Shown: positions 20,167 to 31,037 of the stretch, piece after piece
Position numbering within the stretch: position 1 is the stretch's first letter
How the letters are laid out: each line of letters begins with the position of its first letter
NCBI GenBank assembly: GCA_023267435.1
Contig: JAHFNH010000002.1
Location: 4,219 to 68,218 of the forward strand
DNA: 64,000 nt
Direction: 5' to 3'
From: Candidatus Nomurabacteria bacterium
GTDB taxonomy: Bacteria > Patescibacteriota > Minisyncoccia > Phycocordibacterales > UBA9973
The notes under the pieces: generated by a model
What the model saw: only the letters and a program-made list of their open reading frames with translations
Database searches by the model: none
What the model was told of the DNA's origin: nothing
Made by a program: the position numbers and the translations under genes

Positions 20167-21423
20167 TTAGTTAGGCAAAAGAGCGTCTTCGGTGTAAGTA
20201 TTTGCCGGATCCCAGAGCATCCATGAATCAAGTCCGACATCAGATACTGCTTTAATTTGAGCGTCAACTAATTCTTTTGTATAAATTGCTCCGAGATTGA
20301 AATCTTGAAGCCAAGGTCGGAGTTTTTTAGGATCCTGACTCATTGCTTTCATGCGCGCAACACCTTTTTCCATTGAAACTTTAATAACTTCGTATGGCTT
20401 GGTTGCGGGTTTTTTAAAATTATTCCAACCTGGCGGAAAATGCGATGGATATACCATAGGTGCAAGATAGTCTACATAAGGCGCATCATGTTCTAATTGC
20501 TGTCCGATATTTAAGTCGTCTGTATTTGTCATAGTCATGCCAAAGACATCAGCTGATAGTTTTGGTCGCGGAGTTATTTCATTTTGTTCTCCGATAAAGT
20601 GATCATGTAAATATTTAAAGAAACTTGTCATTACATCTACTTTCGCTTTGCCATTTGAAACTGGGAAATAAATATCTTTCATATTTCCATCTGCCGGAAA
20701 ACGAATGTAATCATAATTTATTTCATCGAAACCATCCGCATACGCTTCTTGTCCTAAAGCAACTACATAATCCCAGACTTTTTGTGAACCAGAATCAAGC
20801 CAGTATGTACATTGGCTTTCCTTGTTTCTTTTGATTTCTCTTTTACATTTATCGTCTTCCCAAAGAGCATTTTTATCTGTTAATTTTTTAACAGCCAGAT
20901 CTTTCCATTTTTTAGCTAAGAATGGATCTTGGAAAGTTGCAATACGGCCGATAACGTAAATATTGTTGGCGTGCAGTTCTGCTATAAAACTTTTTATATC
21001 TGTGATTCTATTTTGTGCGGAGCCAACTTCTATGAGCTTAGGATCTTTAACCGGAAAAGAAATTCTACCTGTATAATCTTTTACATCTATTACGACAGCA
21101 TTCAACTCTGTACGTTTTATAACACCCACGATTTTGTTTCTAAAAGAAGGTGTTCCGGCTACCCAAGACGACATATAAACAGCTTTGAGTGGTACAGGAG
21201 TATCTAAATGAGTCACGACAACACTATCCTCCTTACTTAAGATTGGAACGGGTATGGTCACTGGAGGTGATACGATATCTTTCGGTGGAGGTACTTCGTA
21301 ATTGGATTGAGCTTCATATTGCAGATTATCAATTTCTGGCACCACAAAATAAGCAATAACAATCAAAAGAAAACAGGCCGAAACTCCTAGCCAAAAATTT
21401 CTTTTTTTAATTATTTTCTTCAT
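20167..21423 (-). CDS. Membrane-anchored putative TIM-barrel glycoside-hydrolase-like protein (GHL/DUF4015-type)
   Basis: N-terminal TM. 'KAVYMSSWVAG...LNAVVIDVKDYTG' and alternating beta/alpha segments resemble hypothetical GH-like families. I could not verify this without a search. Confidence 0.4.
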   Translation of the reverse strand: MKKIIKKRNFWLGVSACFLLIVIAYFVVPEIDNLQYEAQSNYEVPPPKDIVSPPVTIPVPILSKEDSVVVTHLDTPVPLKAVYMSSWVAGTPSFRNKIVGVIKRTELNAVVIDVKDYTGRISFPVKDPKLIEVGSAQNRITDIKSFIAELHANNIYVIGRIATFQDPFLAKKWKDLAVKKLTDKNALWEDDKCKREIKRNKESQCTYWLDSGSQKVWDYVVALGQEAYADGFDEINYDYIRFPADGNMKDIYFPVSNGKAKVDVMTSFFKYLHDHFIGEQNEITPRPKLSADVFGMTMTNTDDLNIGQQLEHDAPYVDYLAPMVYPSHFPPGWNNFKKPATKPYEVIKVSMEKGVARMKAMSQDPKKLRPWLQDFNLGAIYTKELVDAQIKAVSDVGLDSWMLWDPANTYTEDALLPN

Positions 21424-21745
21424 TTAAATTTTCCTGATGTTTATTTACGTTATTTATGTCAGAATATTCTCTTTCTGTTTTATGTTGATTTGCGTCAAAA
21501 TTTTGATTTTCTGAAAAATTGTCGAAAGTTTCTTGTTTCTTACCTCCTACTGTCATTTTAAATTCTTTATATAAAATATAAGAAAAATACATCAAACAAA
21601 GACCTGTTAGTGTAAATAAAGTATTTTTCCAAAAATACGGAAAACCCAAGTAAGGTAGTATTGCCACCCAAGTTCCAAATATTAAAAGTATTCTTGCTTT
21701 TCGCATCTGAGTATTATACCGCGTGCACCTACAAATATGCAACAA
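21407..21745 (-). CDS. Small membrane protein (likely internal start near 21706)
   Basis: Two TM helices and an Asn/Glu-rich tail. The 5' end overlaps the upstream gene's 3' end. Confidence 0.35.
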   Translation of the reverse strand: MLHICRCTRYNTQMRKARILLIFGTWVAILPYLGFPYFWKNTLFTLTGLCLMYFSYILYKEFKMTVGGKKQETFDNFSENQNFDANQHKTEREYSDINNVNKHQENLNEENN

Positions 21746-21768
21746 TAAAATTGTTATATAATACTTTA

Positions 21769-23487
21769 CTATTTAAAATATTCTGGCGTGTTAACAGACA
21801 TCCAGTCTAGGAGTTCACGCATTATAAAAGGAGCCCCGACACCATTGGTAGATGGTCCAGCTTCCATCAGGATGGTAAAGGAATATTCTGGATTTTCGTA
21901 AGGAAAAAAACCCATCACCCAAGAGTTAACTTTATTTTTAGCGACACCGAGCTGAGCGGTACCTGTTTTAGAAGCGATATGCACATAAGGCACATTGAGC
22001 GCGACAGAAGTACCCACCAAGACACTTTGTCTCATTCCTTCATGCACGACATCGTAATCTTCTTTTTTAAAATCTATTTTTGAAATTTCATTTTCTTTTG
22101 TCGTATCTCCCAAAATAAAATGTGGAGTTACGAGTGTTCCGTAGTTTGCAATAGCTCCGACTGCTCGCACCATTTGAAGTGGTGTTACTTGAAATCCGTA
22201 TTGTCCGATGGCGGTGTGGTAAGTGTCTCCAATGCGCCATGGATCATTTTTAAATTTCTTCGCTTTCCATTCTGGGCTCGGTATCGTTCCTCCTGCTTCA
22301 TCCGGTAAATCAACATTCGTCTTTTCCCCTATCTTAAAAATATTGGCGTATTTTTCAATATTGGCGATACCAAGACCATGCTGTCCTTCGAATCCCCCGC
22401 CTATTTCATAAAAATAAACATCAGAAGATACAGCGAGAGCTTGTCGCATATCTACCCAACCTTGAGCTCTCCAGTCTTTGAAAACTGTTTTTTGATCTGG
22501 GAAATATGGGTTTTGAATCGAGATGGATCCTGTAGATAAAATCTTTTTTAAAGGATCGATAACTCCTTCATTGAGCGCGCCTAAGGCGAAAAATGGTTTG
22601 ACTATCGAACCTGGTGTATAGAGTCCAGAGAGAGTTCTGTCCATAAAAACGTTCCTTTTGTCTGTTAAATAACTTTTTATTGTCGCTGTGTCTTTTCCTT
22701 GTGAAAGAACTTCAGAATCATATTCAGGGAAACTGACTGATGTGACTATTTCTCCAGTTTTTACATTCATAATTACGCCGGCACCGCCTTTAAATGAATT
22801 GCTTTCAGATAATTTTTTTATTAAAGTGAATAATTGAGCCTGAATTCTAGAATCAAGTGTTGTTACTAGTTCTGTGCCATGTTGCGGAGCGTTGATTGTA
22901 TTTTCTGACTGAACTTTTTTGCGTGCATCTGTTTCAACAATTTTAGTTCCATTTTCTCCTTGAAGCTTGTCATTATATTCTTTTTCAAGCCCATCTTTTC
23001 CCTTAAATTCACTTTGCCAGTAATTTCCAGATTTGTCTTTAGCGGGATAAGTCACATAACCTAAAAGATGTGAAAAGCCTGGCGTCAAATATGCGCGAGT
23101 GGAAAAATCAGCACTTTCTTCTGTTTGCGCAGGTGAATCCCCCGCTTTTTTATTCCAGGCCAATTCTACTTTATTTCTGTCATAGATTATACCCCTGTCA
23201 GCAAAAATAATTTGTTTTTCCAGACTATTATTTTCGCTTCTATCAAAATACGTTTTACCTTTTTGTATTTGGAGATATATGAGTCGCACTGAGAACATTC
23301 CAGCGCAAACAAAAAAGAATATGCTTAGAAACAAGATGGTTCTTTTAGAAATTGGTTTTTCGATTCTTCCTTCAAACTGTTGTCTATCAAAATTTTGAAA
23401 ATTTTTTGAATCTAAAAAAATTTCGTCCGGTTCCACGAAAGAATTGATATTTTTTATTCTATTTTTTTTGATTATTCTACGGATCAT
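21769..23487 (-). CDS. mrdA: Class B penicillin-binding protein (PBP2/FtsI-type transpeptidase)
   Basis: N-terminal TM, SxxK 'GSIVKPF', 'SSDVYF', KTG 'SKTGTAQ'. The gene is adjacent to small mre-like membrane genes. Confidence 0.8.
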   Translation of the reverse strand: MIRRIIKKNRIKNINSFVEPDEIFLDSKNFQNFDRQQFEGRIEKPISKRTILFLSIFFFVCAGMFSVRLIYLQIQKGKTYFDRSENNSLEKQIIFADRGIIYDRNKVELAWNKKAGDSPAQTEESADFSTRAYLTPGFSHLLGYVTYPAKDKSGNYWQSEFKGKDGLEKEYNDKLQGENGTKIVETDARKKVQSENTINAPQHGTELVTTLDSRIQAQLFTLIKKLSESNSFKGGAGVIMNVKTGEIVTSVSFPEYDSEVLSQGKDTATIKSYLTDKRNVFMDRTLSGLYTPGSIVKPFFALGALNEGVIDPLKKILSTGSISIQNPYFPDQKTVFKDWRAQGWVDMRQALAVSSDVYFYEIGGGFEGQHGLGIANIEKYANIFKIGEKTNVDLPDEAGGTIPSPEWKAKKFKNDPWRIGDTYHTAIGQYGFQVTPLQMVRAVGAIANYGTLVTPHFILGDTTKENEISKIDFKKEDYDVVHEGMRQSVLVGTSVALNVPYVHIASKTGTAQLGVAKNKVNSWVMGFFPYENPEYSFTILMEAGPSTNGVGAPFIMRELLDWMSVNTPEYFK

Positions 23488-23747
23488 TTTGGATAAAATT
23501 TTAATTTCTTTTTTAAGAATTCAAGTAATATTAAAATCAAAACAGAAATAATTAAAGATACAAAAACAGAATGAAAGAACCTTATTTCTTTTACTCCAAA
23601 AAGAAGATCAGAAATTAAAAATAATAAGACAGCTTCCCAAAAGAAAGAAAACAAAATCATGCCTAAAATTGATAAAACAAAAAATACCCAAAAAGGCATA
23701 AATAGGGCTGAAAATAGAAGTATAATAAAAGCTAAAATTCTAAGCAT
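23484..23747 (-). CDS. Small polytopic membrane protein (possible MreD-like)
   Basis: 87 aa, entirely hydrophobic, immediately upstream of PBP2 as in mreCD-mrdA operons. It is short for a canonical MreD. Confidence 0.3.
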   Translation of the reverse strand: MLRILAFIILLFSALFMPFWVFFVLSILGMILFSFFWEAVLLFLISDLLFGVKEIRFFHSVFVSLIISVLILILLEFLKKKLKFYPK

Positions 23748-23785
23748 TACATTCCTATATTACACGCTTAGTATAAAAAAACAAA

Positions 23786-24085
23786 CTAAAAGATTCGACG
23801 CCATATAAAACGCACAAGAAAGAAAATTATTACAGCTAAAAGTCCATAAAATACAAGTTTATTATTAAAGCCTATTTGTTTTCTGAATCCATCGATTACA
23901 TTCGCAGTCATTGTGATGGGTTTGGCAATAAAATCTGGAGTATTTCTTGTTACTATGTTTTGAATATTTTGTATAGAGTCTAAACTGGAAGAATTTTCAG
24001 CTCGAGCTATTTCGTTTAAAAATCTTGCAGGATAAAAGGAGGATAAAAGAATAAATATTACTAAAATAATTTTTTCTTTTCTCAT
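23786..24085 (-). CDS. Hypothetical bitopic membrane protein
   Basis: 99 aa with hydrophobic segments at both the N- and C-termini. Confidence 0.3.
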   Translation of the reverse strand: MRKEKIILVIFILLSSFYPARFLNEIARAENSSSLDSIQNIQNIVTRNTPDFIAKPITMTANVIDGFRKQIGFNNKLVFYGLLAVIIFFLVRFIWRRIF

Positions 24086-24194
24086 ATAGATATTTTACCA
24101 TAAAATTAATAGTTAAAAATAATAGTTGTTAACACTAAAAAACACCCATTTTATTGAGCGTTTTTTAGTGTTTAGAATATTAAGTTAATTTGGT

Positions 24195-24668
24195 TTATCT
24201 TGTTACAGAGATCGCTGCGCCGAGTTCAGCATTTGGAGCTGCTACGGTTACGCGATTATTTGCTGATTTCATAATAGTATAACAAACACCAACTGCGCTA
24301 CACACACCATTAGGGTCAGATGGCATAGATACTATATATTTTTCTGCAGCAGTAAGAACATTTAAATCAACAGTTGCACCACAAACTATTATACCGTTAC
24401 TTTTACAGATTTCTGTTGCAGCACCAGTAATGAATGCAGGTAATGCTCCGCCATTATCAATAGCATACTGATAAGTAGCATTCAAGATAGTGTTGACATC
24501 AGATCGTCTCTGAGCATTTCTTGATTCAGCTAATTGTTTGGCTGGGTTGATGGCTATAATGACGATTGCCGCTAAGATGGCGATCATCGCTATCACCAAC
24601 AAAACTTCCAAGAGAGTGAATCCTTTTTGTTGCTTAAATTTATTTTGAAACAAATTAAACATTTTCAT
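24195..24668 (-). CDS. Type IV pilin (prepilin-type N-terminal cleavage/methylation)
   Basis: 'KGFTLLEVLLVIAMIAILAAIV' prepilin signature, a conserved E5, and a C-terminal Cys pair. Confidence 0.7.
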   Translation of the reverse strand: MKMFNLFQNKFKQQKGFTLLEVLLVIAMIAILAAIVIIAINPAKQLAESRNAQRRSDVNTILNATYQYAIDNGGALPAFITGAATEICKSNGIIVCGATVDLNVLTAAEKYIVSMPSDPNGVCSAVGVCYTIMKSANNRVTVAAPNAELGAAISVTR

Positions 24669-24776
24669 ATGATTTTTTTTTATTAATAATAATTACTCTT
24701 CTAATACTTTAATCATAACAAGCATATTTTTTATGCACAAATATTTTATGGGGATAAAGTGGATAAATAAAAGTTT

Positions 24777-25187
24777 TTAAGAAACTTCCTGCCATGATGT
24801 CACATTGATCGATGGATTTATCTGGTCGATAGTTATTAAAATTTTTCTAACGACGGTTCCAACTGTTCCAGTTGATGTGATTGTCCTGTTTTCAGCTCCA
24901 TTATCTACAACATCATAAGTACAAGAGTCTGGCCCAATACTTATAGTATTAGTGCCGACGAATGCTGTTGAATTTCTTATCTCTTGTAGAGCGGATTCAG
25001 CACACAAATTGGCTAAAGATTTAGCTTTACTTGATTCTTCTATGATAAAACCTGTTTTAGAAGATCCGAGTCCTATAAGTAAAACTGAACTGGCTATCGC
25101 TATAGCCACGGCGCCAAAAACTAAGACGGCGAACATCGTCACAAACCCTTTTTCATTATTAAATTTATTTTTTCTAAATAATTTCAT
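24777..25187 (-). CDS. PilX-N-like minor pilin / pilus assembly protein
   Basis: 'EKGFVTMFAVLVFGAVAIAIAS' is a PilX_N-style hydrophobic N-terminus, and the gene is in the pilus cluster. Confidence 0.4.
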   Translation of the reverse strand: MKLFRKNKFNNEKGFVTMFAVLVFGAVAIAIASSVLLIGLGSSKTGFIIEESSKAKSLANLCAESALQEIRNSTAFVGTNTISIGPDSCTYDVVDNGAENRTITSTGTVGTVVRKILITIDQINPSINVTSWQEVS

Positions 25188-25202
25188 AAATTTTTCACTT
25201 AA

Positions 25203-25733
25203 TTAGTGATGCAAAGTAGCACTTCCATAAAACGTTCGCGAATAATTATATTCATTCCTACTGCTTGGATTTAAATAAGACAAAGTAAAAGAAATCCCTA
25301 CAGTGCCAGGCGTTAATGGGCGTGATAAATTCTCAAACGATAGACTAGAAGCCGAAACTTGCAAGTTATTTGTTAAAGATATTGCAGGATCAAATCCTTC
25401 TCTTATTCTAATTTCATTTCCTGATAAACTGAAAACTGTTGGATCTTTCAATGGATTAACAACACTGAGCGATAAAGAAACGTCATTTATTCCAGTTGAA
25501 GGAGAATTAATACTATTTGCATTGCGGATAGTCTGAGTCATAAGTTGCATTATTTGAGTTCCCTCCCCATCTACTTCGGATATAACTTGGTTTTTAATTC
25601 TTGATTCTAAAAAAGTAGAAAGCATCATAGATATGGCTAGAAGCATAATAGCTGACAAACTGATATATAAAATCAATTCGACTAAAGTATAGCCTTTATC
25701 TTCTTTTAAATATTTTTTGAAATTATTTTTCAT
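25203..25733 (-). CDS. Pseudopilin (prepilin-type N-terminal domain)
   Basis: 'DKGYTLVELILYISL' prepilin motif. Confidence 0.6.
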   Translation of the reverse strand: MKNNFKKYLKEDKGYTLVELILYISLSAIMLLAISMMLSTFLESRIKNQVISEVDGEGTQIMQLMTQTIRNANSINSPSTGINDVSLSLSVVNPLKDPTVFSLSGNEIRIREGFDPAISLTNNLQVSASSLSFENLSRPLTPGTVGISFTLSYLNPSSRNEYNYSRTFYGSATLHH

Positions 25734-25743
25734 ATTTTTTTAT

Positions 25744-26181
25744 TTAAAACGGCTTCCAATTTGTCAGATAAGTAGTTAAAACAACATTGCCAGTTCTTTG
25801 TAGATTTTGTTGCCAATCAACCGTAGATTTTATTAATTTTGTATTCGCATCAACGGTTGAAATATTTATTGTTCGAGTGAATATGCCATTTGTATCTGGT
25901 GTCACATCAAGTGTCCACTGACTCGCAACTTTTGTAAGACCATACGATCCGTCTGTTAAATTTGCAAAATTTTCATCTCGAATATTTCTAACAGCTTCAA
26001 GCCCTTCTTCAGACAAAAATACCGCTTGTGAATGTTTTCCGCCTAAAGATGAAGTTTCTTCGCCGAGACTTAAAATACCAACTAAAGACATTATTAATGT
26101 TGAAAAAATTACCGCAGTCAATAAAACCTCAATGAGGCTGAAACCAGAATTATTATTAATATGTAAGCGCCCCTTTTTCAT
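25744..26181 (-). CDS. Pseudopilin (prepilin-type N-terminal domain)
   Basis: 'NSGFSLIEVLLTAVIFS' prepilin motif. Confidence 0.6.
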   Translation of the reverse strand: MKKGRLHINNNSGFSLIEVLLTAVIFSTLIMSLVGILSLGEETSSLGGKHSQAVFLSEEGLEAVRNIRDENFANLTDGSYGLTKVASQWTLDVTPDTNGIFTRTINISTVDANTKLIKSTVDWQQNLQRTGNVVLTTYLTNWKPF

Positions 26182-26596
26182 TGATTGATATTGTACGAAT
26201 ATTTCCAGCAGTTGATAATGTTAAGATACCGGCACTATTTGGAAATCCATCTAATTTTGAAAAAACTATTTCTGTCAGACCAGTTGCAGAAATAATTGCG
26301 GGCATGTCAGATACTTCGTCGAAATCTACATCTCTAGTGGCGAAACCAGCACCCTTGAATAAGGTTATAGTGTCACTAGCAATATTTACACCCCAAGTAG
26401 AATCTCCATCGACTGCTTCAGACAATACTTGAGCTCTTCTTAAATTTTCCACGATAGTTCCGATAGTAGTATCGACATTATTACGGATTTGATAATCCTG
26501 ATAGATCGGAGCTGAGATACCAAAAATTAGAACAATGACGGATATAGATAAAATGACTTCGATCAATGTAAAACCTTTTGAGAAATTTTTGATCAT
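26156..26596 (-). CDS. Pseudopilin (prepilin-type N-terminal domain)
   Basis: 'SKGFTLIEVILSISV' prepilin motif. Confidence 0.65.
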   Translation of the reverse strand: MIKNFSKGFTLIEVILSISVIVLIFGISAPIYQDYQIRNNVDTTIGTIVENLRRAQVLSEAVDGDSTWGVNIASDTITLFKGAGFATRDVDFDEVSDMPAIISATGLTEIVFSKLDGFPNSAGILTLSTAGNIRTISINEKGALTY

Positions 26597-26607
26597 ATTT
26601 TTATAAT

Positions 26608-27789
26608 TTACCTTACAATCACATTAGTAACAGGGATGCTTGGTGCAATTTCCTTATTCATTCCCCCTATCAAGCTATAAATAGGCATTATTATGGATAA
26701 TGCCACAGCCATGACTCCAAACCATACGAAAATCAGAAGAATCGGTTCGAGTGCCACAGTTAAGTTTTTGATAGTATTATCTGATTTATTTTCAAAAGCT
26801 TCACCAATATTTTTTAAAACACCTGACAAATTTCCAGATTGTTCTCCGACGACGATCATTTGCACTATTGTGCTTGGAATCATTTTGTTTGTATTATGGA
26901 AAAGCAAAAAAGATTTTTGTAAAGAATTACCTTCTTCTACATGTTTTCTTATGCTTCCATATAATTTTTTATAATTTTCAAGATTAGTCGAATCATAAAG
27001 TACAGAAAGTGAATCATTCAAAGATACGCCAGCGCTTAGTAGATTGCCTAAGATATATCCGAATCTGGATATTTCTATTTCTCTCATTAATTTTTTAATT
27101 CCTGGAATAGAAAATAAAAAGGCTTGGCCTATGAATTTTGTCTGTTGGTTATAAAAAATAAAATAACTTACTAGGATTATAAAAAATAATAAAGCTGGAA
27201 TAAAAATCAATCCATAATTTACCAAGAATGAACTGAAAGCAATAAATATTTTTGTTATAAGAGGAAGCTGAACATTCAATTCTGTGAATACTGGAATTAG
27301 TTTCGGCAAGATAAACCAAAAAATTCCAATCGCGACAATCAGTGTGACTGACAAAACTAAAATCGGATATGCCATAGCGCTCTGTATTCGCGATAATGCA
27401 ACTCTATCTTTTTGCTGTTGCACAGCTATAGCGTTTAAGTTGGCGCCGAGTTGTCCTGATTTCTCCCCTATTTTTATAAGCGTTATAGTAGACGCGCTGA
27501 AAATTCCAGCTTCTTTAAGAGCCTGCCAAAGCGGTGCACCTTGTTCTACTTCGTTCTTTACGTCTAAAATTATTCTTCTGATTTTTTTAGAACGTATTCC
27601 ACTGGTGATTATTCCTAAAGATTCTGTTATACCTACACCTGCATTTACAAGCATGGCTAAGTTTTCAATAAAATAATTTCTCTCTTCTCCGAGATTAATT
27701 TTTGAAAAAATATTTAATTTCTTCTTTTTATTTTTTTTCATAAATATTTTGAGCATGAATTGGAGAAGCGACTCGGAGCAATTCTTCAA
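26608..27789 (-). CDS. pilC: Type IV pilus / T2SS platform protein (GspF/PilC family)
   Basis: Two GspF repeats and 3 TM helices. It overlaps pilB, so the true start is likely the internal Met 'MKKNKKKK'. Confidence 0.75.
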   Translation of the reverse strand: MKNCSESLLQFMLKIFMKKNKKKKLNIFSKINLGEERNYFIENLAMLVNAGVGITESLGIITSGIRSKKIRRIILDVKNEVEQGAPLWQALKEAGIFSASTITLIKIGEKSGQLGANLNAIAVQQQKDRVALSRIQSAMAYPILVLSVTLIVAIGIFWFILPKLIPVFTELNVQLPLITKIFIAFSSFLVNYGLIFIPALLFFIILVSYFIFYNQQTKFIGQAFLFSIPGIKKLMREIEISRFGYILGNLLSAGVSLNDSLSVLYDSTNLENYKKLYGSIRKHVEEGNSLQKSFLLFHNTNKMIPSTIVQMIVVGEQSGNLSGVLKNIGEAFENKSDNTIKNLTVALEPILLIFVWFGVMAVALSIIMPIYSLIGGMNKEIAPSIPVTNVIVR

Positions 27790-29443
27790 GTGTTGTGATT
27801 CCAGCTTTTACTTTTTCTAATCCATCTTGAAATAAAGATTTTGAACCTTGGCTTTTTGCTAAATCCCAAATTTGTTTAGCAGAAGGATTTTTTAGAACTA
27901 AATCATGAATTTCGGGCGTAATGTGAATAATTTCAAAAAGAGCAGTTCTTCCATGATAGCCTGTATTGTCACAAGATTTGCAACCTGCGCCTTTATAAAG
28001 AATCATTCCTTTATCCATATATTCTCCTGTAAAGAATTTTTTTATATCATTTTCCTTAGACTCATCGACTACGCGACATTTGTCGCAAATTTTTTGTACT
28101 AGGCGTTGAGCAACGATTAATTCTAATGTTGAAGCTAAAAGAAACGGACTGATGCCAAGGTCGATAAATCTAGGTATCGCAGTGGCTGCATCATTTGAGT
28201 GAAAAGTTGATAATAAAAGATGGCCTGTCAAAGCTGCTCCGATGGCTATTTGAGCTGTTTCTTCATCGCGAACTTCTCCGACTAAAATAATATTTGGATC
28301 TTGTCTGACAATAGATTGCAGTCCTTTTGCAAAAGTAAGATTGGTTAGTGGATTTACTTGGACTTGGTTTATGCCTGGAATTTTATATTCTACCGGATCT
28401 TCTATTGTTGTTATGTTAACCTCAGAATTATTCAACACTTTTAATATTGAATAAACTGTAGTGGTTTTTCCAGATCCAGTCGGACCAGTGACTACGATCA
28501 TCCCAAATGGTTTTTTTGAGGCTTCCATTATCATAGCTTGATGATCTGAAGAAAGTCCTATGTCGCTGAGTGAGAAGCTTCGAATATTTTCTGAAAGTAT
28601 GCGAATAGCTATTTTTTCTCCATCGAGTGTTGGCAATATCGAAACTCTCATATTGATTGTTTCGCCATTTTTAACATAACGGATAGCGCCGTCTTGCGCT
28701 GAAAAATGTTCGTCTGTTCGCAAATATGCTTGAACTTTAATTCTGTTTAATATGTTTTCATAATATTTTTTAGAAAAACGTCCCACTTCGCGCAATATTC
28801 CATCAATACGAAAACGCACAACAACTTCATTTTCCTGAGGTTCGAAATGTATGTCTGAACTCGAATATTGGAGAGCATCATTAAATATTTCTTCTATGAT
28901 CTCCGGAGCGATACCCCGACCGGAATTTATTATTTCGATAAAGCGAGCTTTGAGTGATCGTTTGTATTGCTTTAGAGCTGTATCGATATCTTCGGGCAAG
29001 GAATAATTTAATTCAATTATTTTTTTAGTAAAAAACTGTTTTAATACTGAGGCATTTTTTTTCAATTCTTTTGGATTGTCTGTAGTAATTATTACAGTTT
29101 TATCATTTCCTTTAATAAAAATAACCCTATGTTTTTTTGCTATTTCTTCTGGAATTTCTAACACTTGTTCTGAAGTTACCGGTTTGGAACCTAGGTTAAA
29201 ATAAGGGACATCAAACCATAAAGCTATAGATTCACCTAAAGTATTATTATTAATAATTCCCTTCATTAATAAATATTCAATAACAGATATATTGTTTTTA
29301 TTGGAAAATTCCTTAGCTTTTTTAAGTTCGATAGGCGTGATATGTTTATCGCGCAATAAAACATCTTCAATAAATAACTCTCCCTCTGAATTATCATTAT
29401 TAGTTTTCATATTATTATTAAGGATATCACAGAACTTTCCCAT
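27728..29443 (-). CDS. pilB: Type IV pilus assembly ATPase (GspE/PilB family)
   Basis: Walker A 'GPTGSGKTTT', Asp box, Walker B, a His box, and the tetracysteine 'CDKC...CKSC'. Confidence 0.85.
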   Translation of the reverse strand: MGKFCDILNNNMKTNNDNSEGELFIEDVLLRDKHITPIELKKAKEFSNKNNISVIEYLLMKGIINNNTLGESIALWFDVPYFNLGSKPVTSEQVLEIPEEIAKKHRVIFIKGNDKTVIITTDNPKELKKNASVLKQFFTKKIIELNYSLPEDIDTALKQYKRSLKARFIEIINSGRGIAPEIIEEIFNDALQYSSSDIHFEPQENEVVVRFRIDGILREVGRFSKKYYENILNRIKVQAYLRTDEHFSAQDGAIRYVKNGETINMRVSILPTLDGEKIAIRILSENIRSFSLSDIGLSSDHQAMIMEASKKPFGMIVVTGPTGSGKTTTVYSILKVLNNSEVNITTIEDPVEYKIPGINQVQVNPLTNLTFAKGLQSIVRQDPNIILVGEVRDEETAQIAIGAALTGHLLLSTFHSNDAATAIPRFIDLGISPFLLASTLELIVAQRLVQKICDKCRVVDESKENDIKKFFTGEYMDKGMILYKGAGCKSCDNTGYHGRTALFEIIHITPEIHDLVLKNPSAKQIWDLAKSQGSKSLFQDGLEKVKAGITTLEELLRVASPIHAQNIYEKK

Positions 29444-29496
29444 ATAAAATCAATTAATGTGGATAATATAAAAATATAATGCGAATTTCGTTTATT

Positions 29497-30981
29497 CTAT
29501 TCTACGTGAACTTGTATATCAGTGCGTTCTTTTTTTAACTTAAGAAAAAGTGCGGCAAATGATCCAATAAATATTATTATTGCAGCGACTATAAAGACAT
29601 AATCATAAGCGTCTATTTGAGCCTTCAGAGTTATAAGTGAAATATATTTTTGTATATCAAATGGAGTATGACTGTTTAGTTTACTGAAGCTGTTTATAGT
29701 GAGCATATTTGTTTTTATTCTATTATTTAAAATTGTCGCGAAGATAGCTATGCCGAATGCGCCGGAAATATTTCGTACTAATGCGAGGATAGACGAAGCA
29801 ATACCTATTTCACTTTGAGGTACAGCTGAGGCGATTATGTTTGTACGCTGAGCCATACCGAATCCTAGTCCGAACGCCATGATTGATAAAGGAATGATAA
29901 TATCGAGTGCGGTTGATTTTGGATCAAGATAGGAAAACATGAAAATACCTATCGCTGCTACGAGAGTACTGGCAAATATTACGTATCGAGATTGCACTTT
30001 CCCTGTCAGATAACCACCGAGCGGTGCAGCAAACATCATGGCGGCAGCCATCGGCATAAAAAGATACCCTGATTCAGCAGCATTGTATCCCAAGAAAGTC
30101 TGAGCAAAAACTGGAATAAGAAAAACACCTCCCATCATTCCCATGAATACAATAAAGTTATTGAGAAGTGCGTTGACGAATGCTGGAATTTTGAAAAACT
30201 TAAGATCCACAATCGGTTCAGGAACTTTTTGTTCAATTTTTATGAAAAGACCTAGAAGTACAATAGTTGAGAAATAACACACGAAGCTGCCTATTGAAAA
30301 CCATCCCCAATCAGCTCCTTTGTCTAGAACTAATACCAAAGCAGAAAGCATACCTCCTAAAGTTATAGCTCCCCACCAGTCGAAGAATTTAGTTTTTACT
30401 TCCGAGCGAGATTCATTGATAAATTTAAGTGCCATGTATATACCCAATATTCCAATCGGTAAATTAACTAAGAAGACAGATCGCCATCCGAAAGTATCAA
30501 TCAACGGTCCGCCCAATAATGGCCCAAAAACTGTCGCAGCGGCAAACGATGATGACCATATTCCGAGTGCTTGCGCACGTTCCTTTCCTTCTTTAAAAGT
30601 TACGGCGATTATCGCCATGGCTGTGGGATAATCCGCTGATCCAGCAATAGCTTGGATTATGCGAAAGACAATCATAGATGAAAGATTCCAAGCAAAACCA
30701 GCGAGCACTGATCCTAAAATAAAAATAGAAAATCCTATTATGTAAACTTTTTTTCTTCCGATTGTATCTCCGAGTTTACCCCAGATAGGAACGAAAACAG
30801 CATTCGCTAAAATATAGGCTGTAGCGATCCATCCAGCCGAAGAAACAGTGATACTGAAATCATTAATTATTTTTGGTAATGCTAAGTTAACAATAGTTTG
30901 GTCAAGTCTGCCTAGAAAAGTACCTATGATAACGGTAAGTAAAATCCACCAGCGTAGATTGTTTTTAGGTTGTGTATTCAT
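29497..30981 (-). CDS. MFS transporter, DHA2 (EmrB/QacA) family, 14 TM
   Basis: 494 aa with 'GRLDQTIVNLALP' motif A. Confidence 0.8.
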   Translation of the reverse strand: MNTQPKNNLRWWILLTVIIGTFLGRLDQTIVNLALPKIINDFSITVSSAGWIATAYILANAVFVPIWGKLGDTIGRKKVYIIGFSIFILGSVLAGFAWNLSSMIVFRIIQAIAGSADYPTAMAIIAVTFKEGKERAQALGIWSSSFAAATVFGPLLGGPLIDTFGWRSVFLVNLPIGILGIYMALKFINESRSEVKTKFFDWWGAITLGGMLSALVLVLDKGADWGWFSIGSFVCYFSTIVLLGLFIKIEQKVPEPIVDLKFFKIPAFVNALLNNFIVFMGMMGGVFLIPVFAQTFLGYNAAESGYLFMPMAAAMMFAAPLGGYLTGKVQSRYVIFASTLVAAIGIFMFSYLDPKSTALDIIIPLSIMAFGLGFGMAQRTNIIASAVPQSEIGIASSILALVRNISGAFGIAIFATILNNRIKTNMLTINSFSKLNSHTPFDIQKYISLITLKAQIDAYDYVFIVAAIIIFIGSFAALFLKLKKERTDIQVHVE

Positions 30982-31037
30982 ATGATTTAGTTTATAGCCT
31001 AGCTACGAATTTACTAATTCGAATCACGCTTGGCGCT

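Noticed and set aside
23786-24085. MreC upstream of the MreD-like gene and PBP2
   Set aside because: At 99 aa it is far too short and lacks the MreC beta-domain. It is left as a hypothetical membrane protein.
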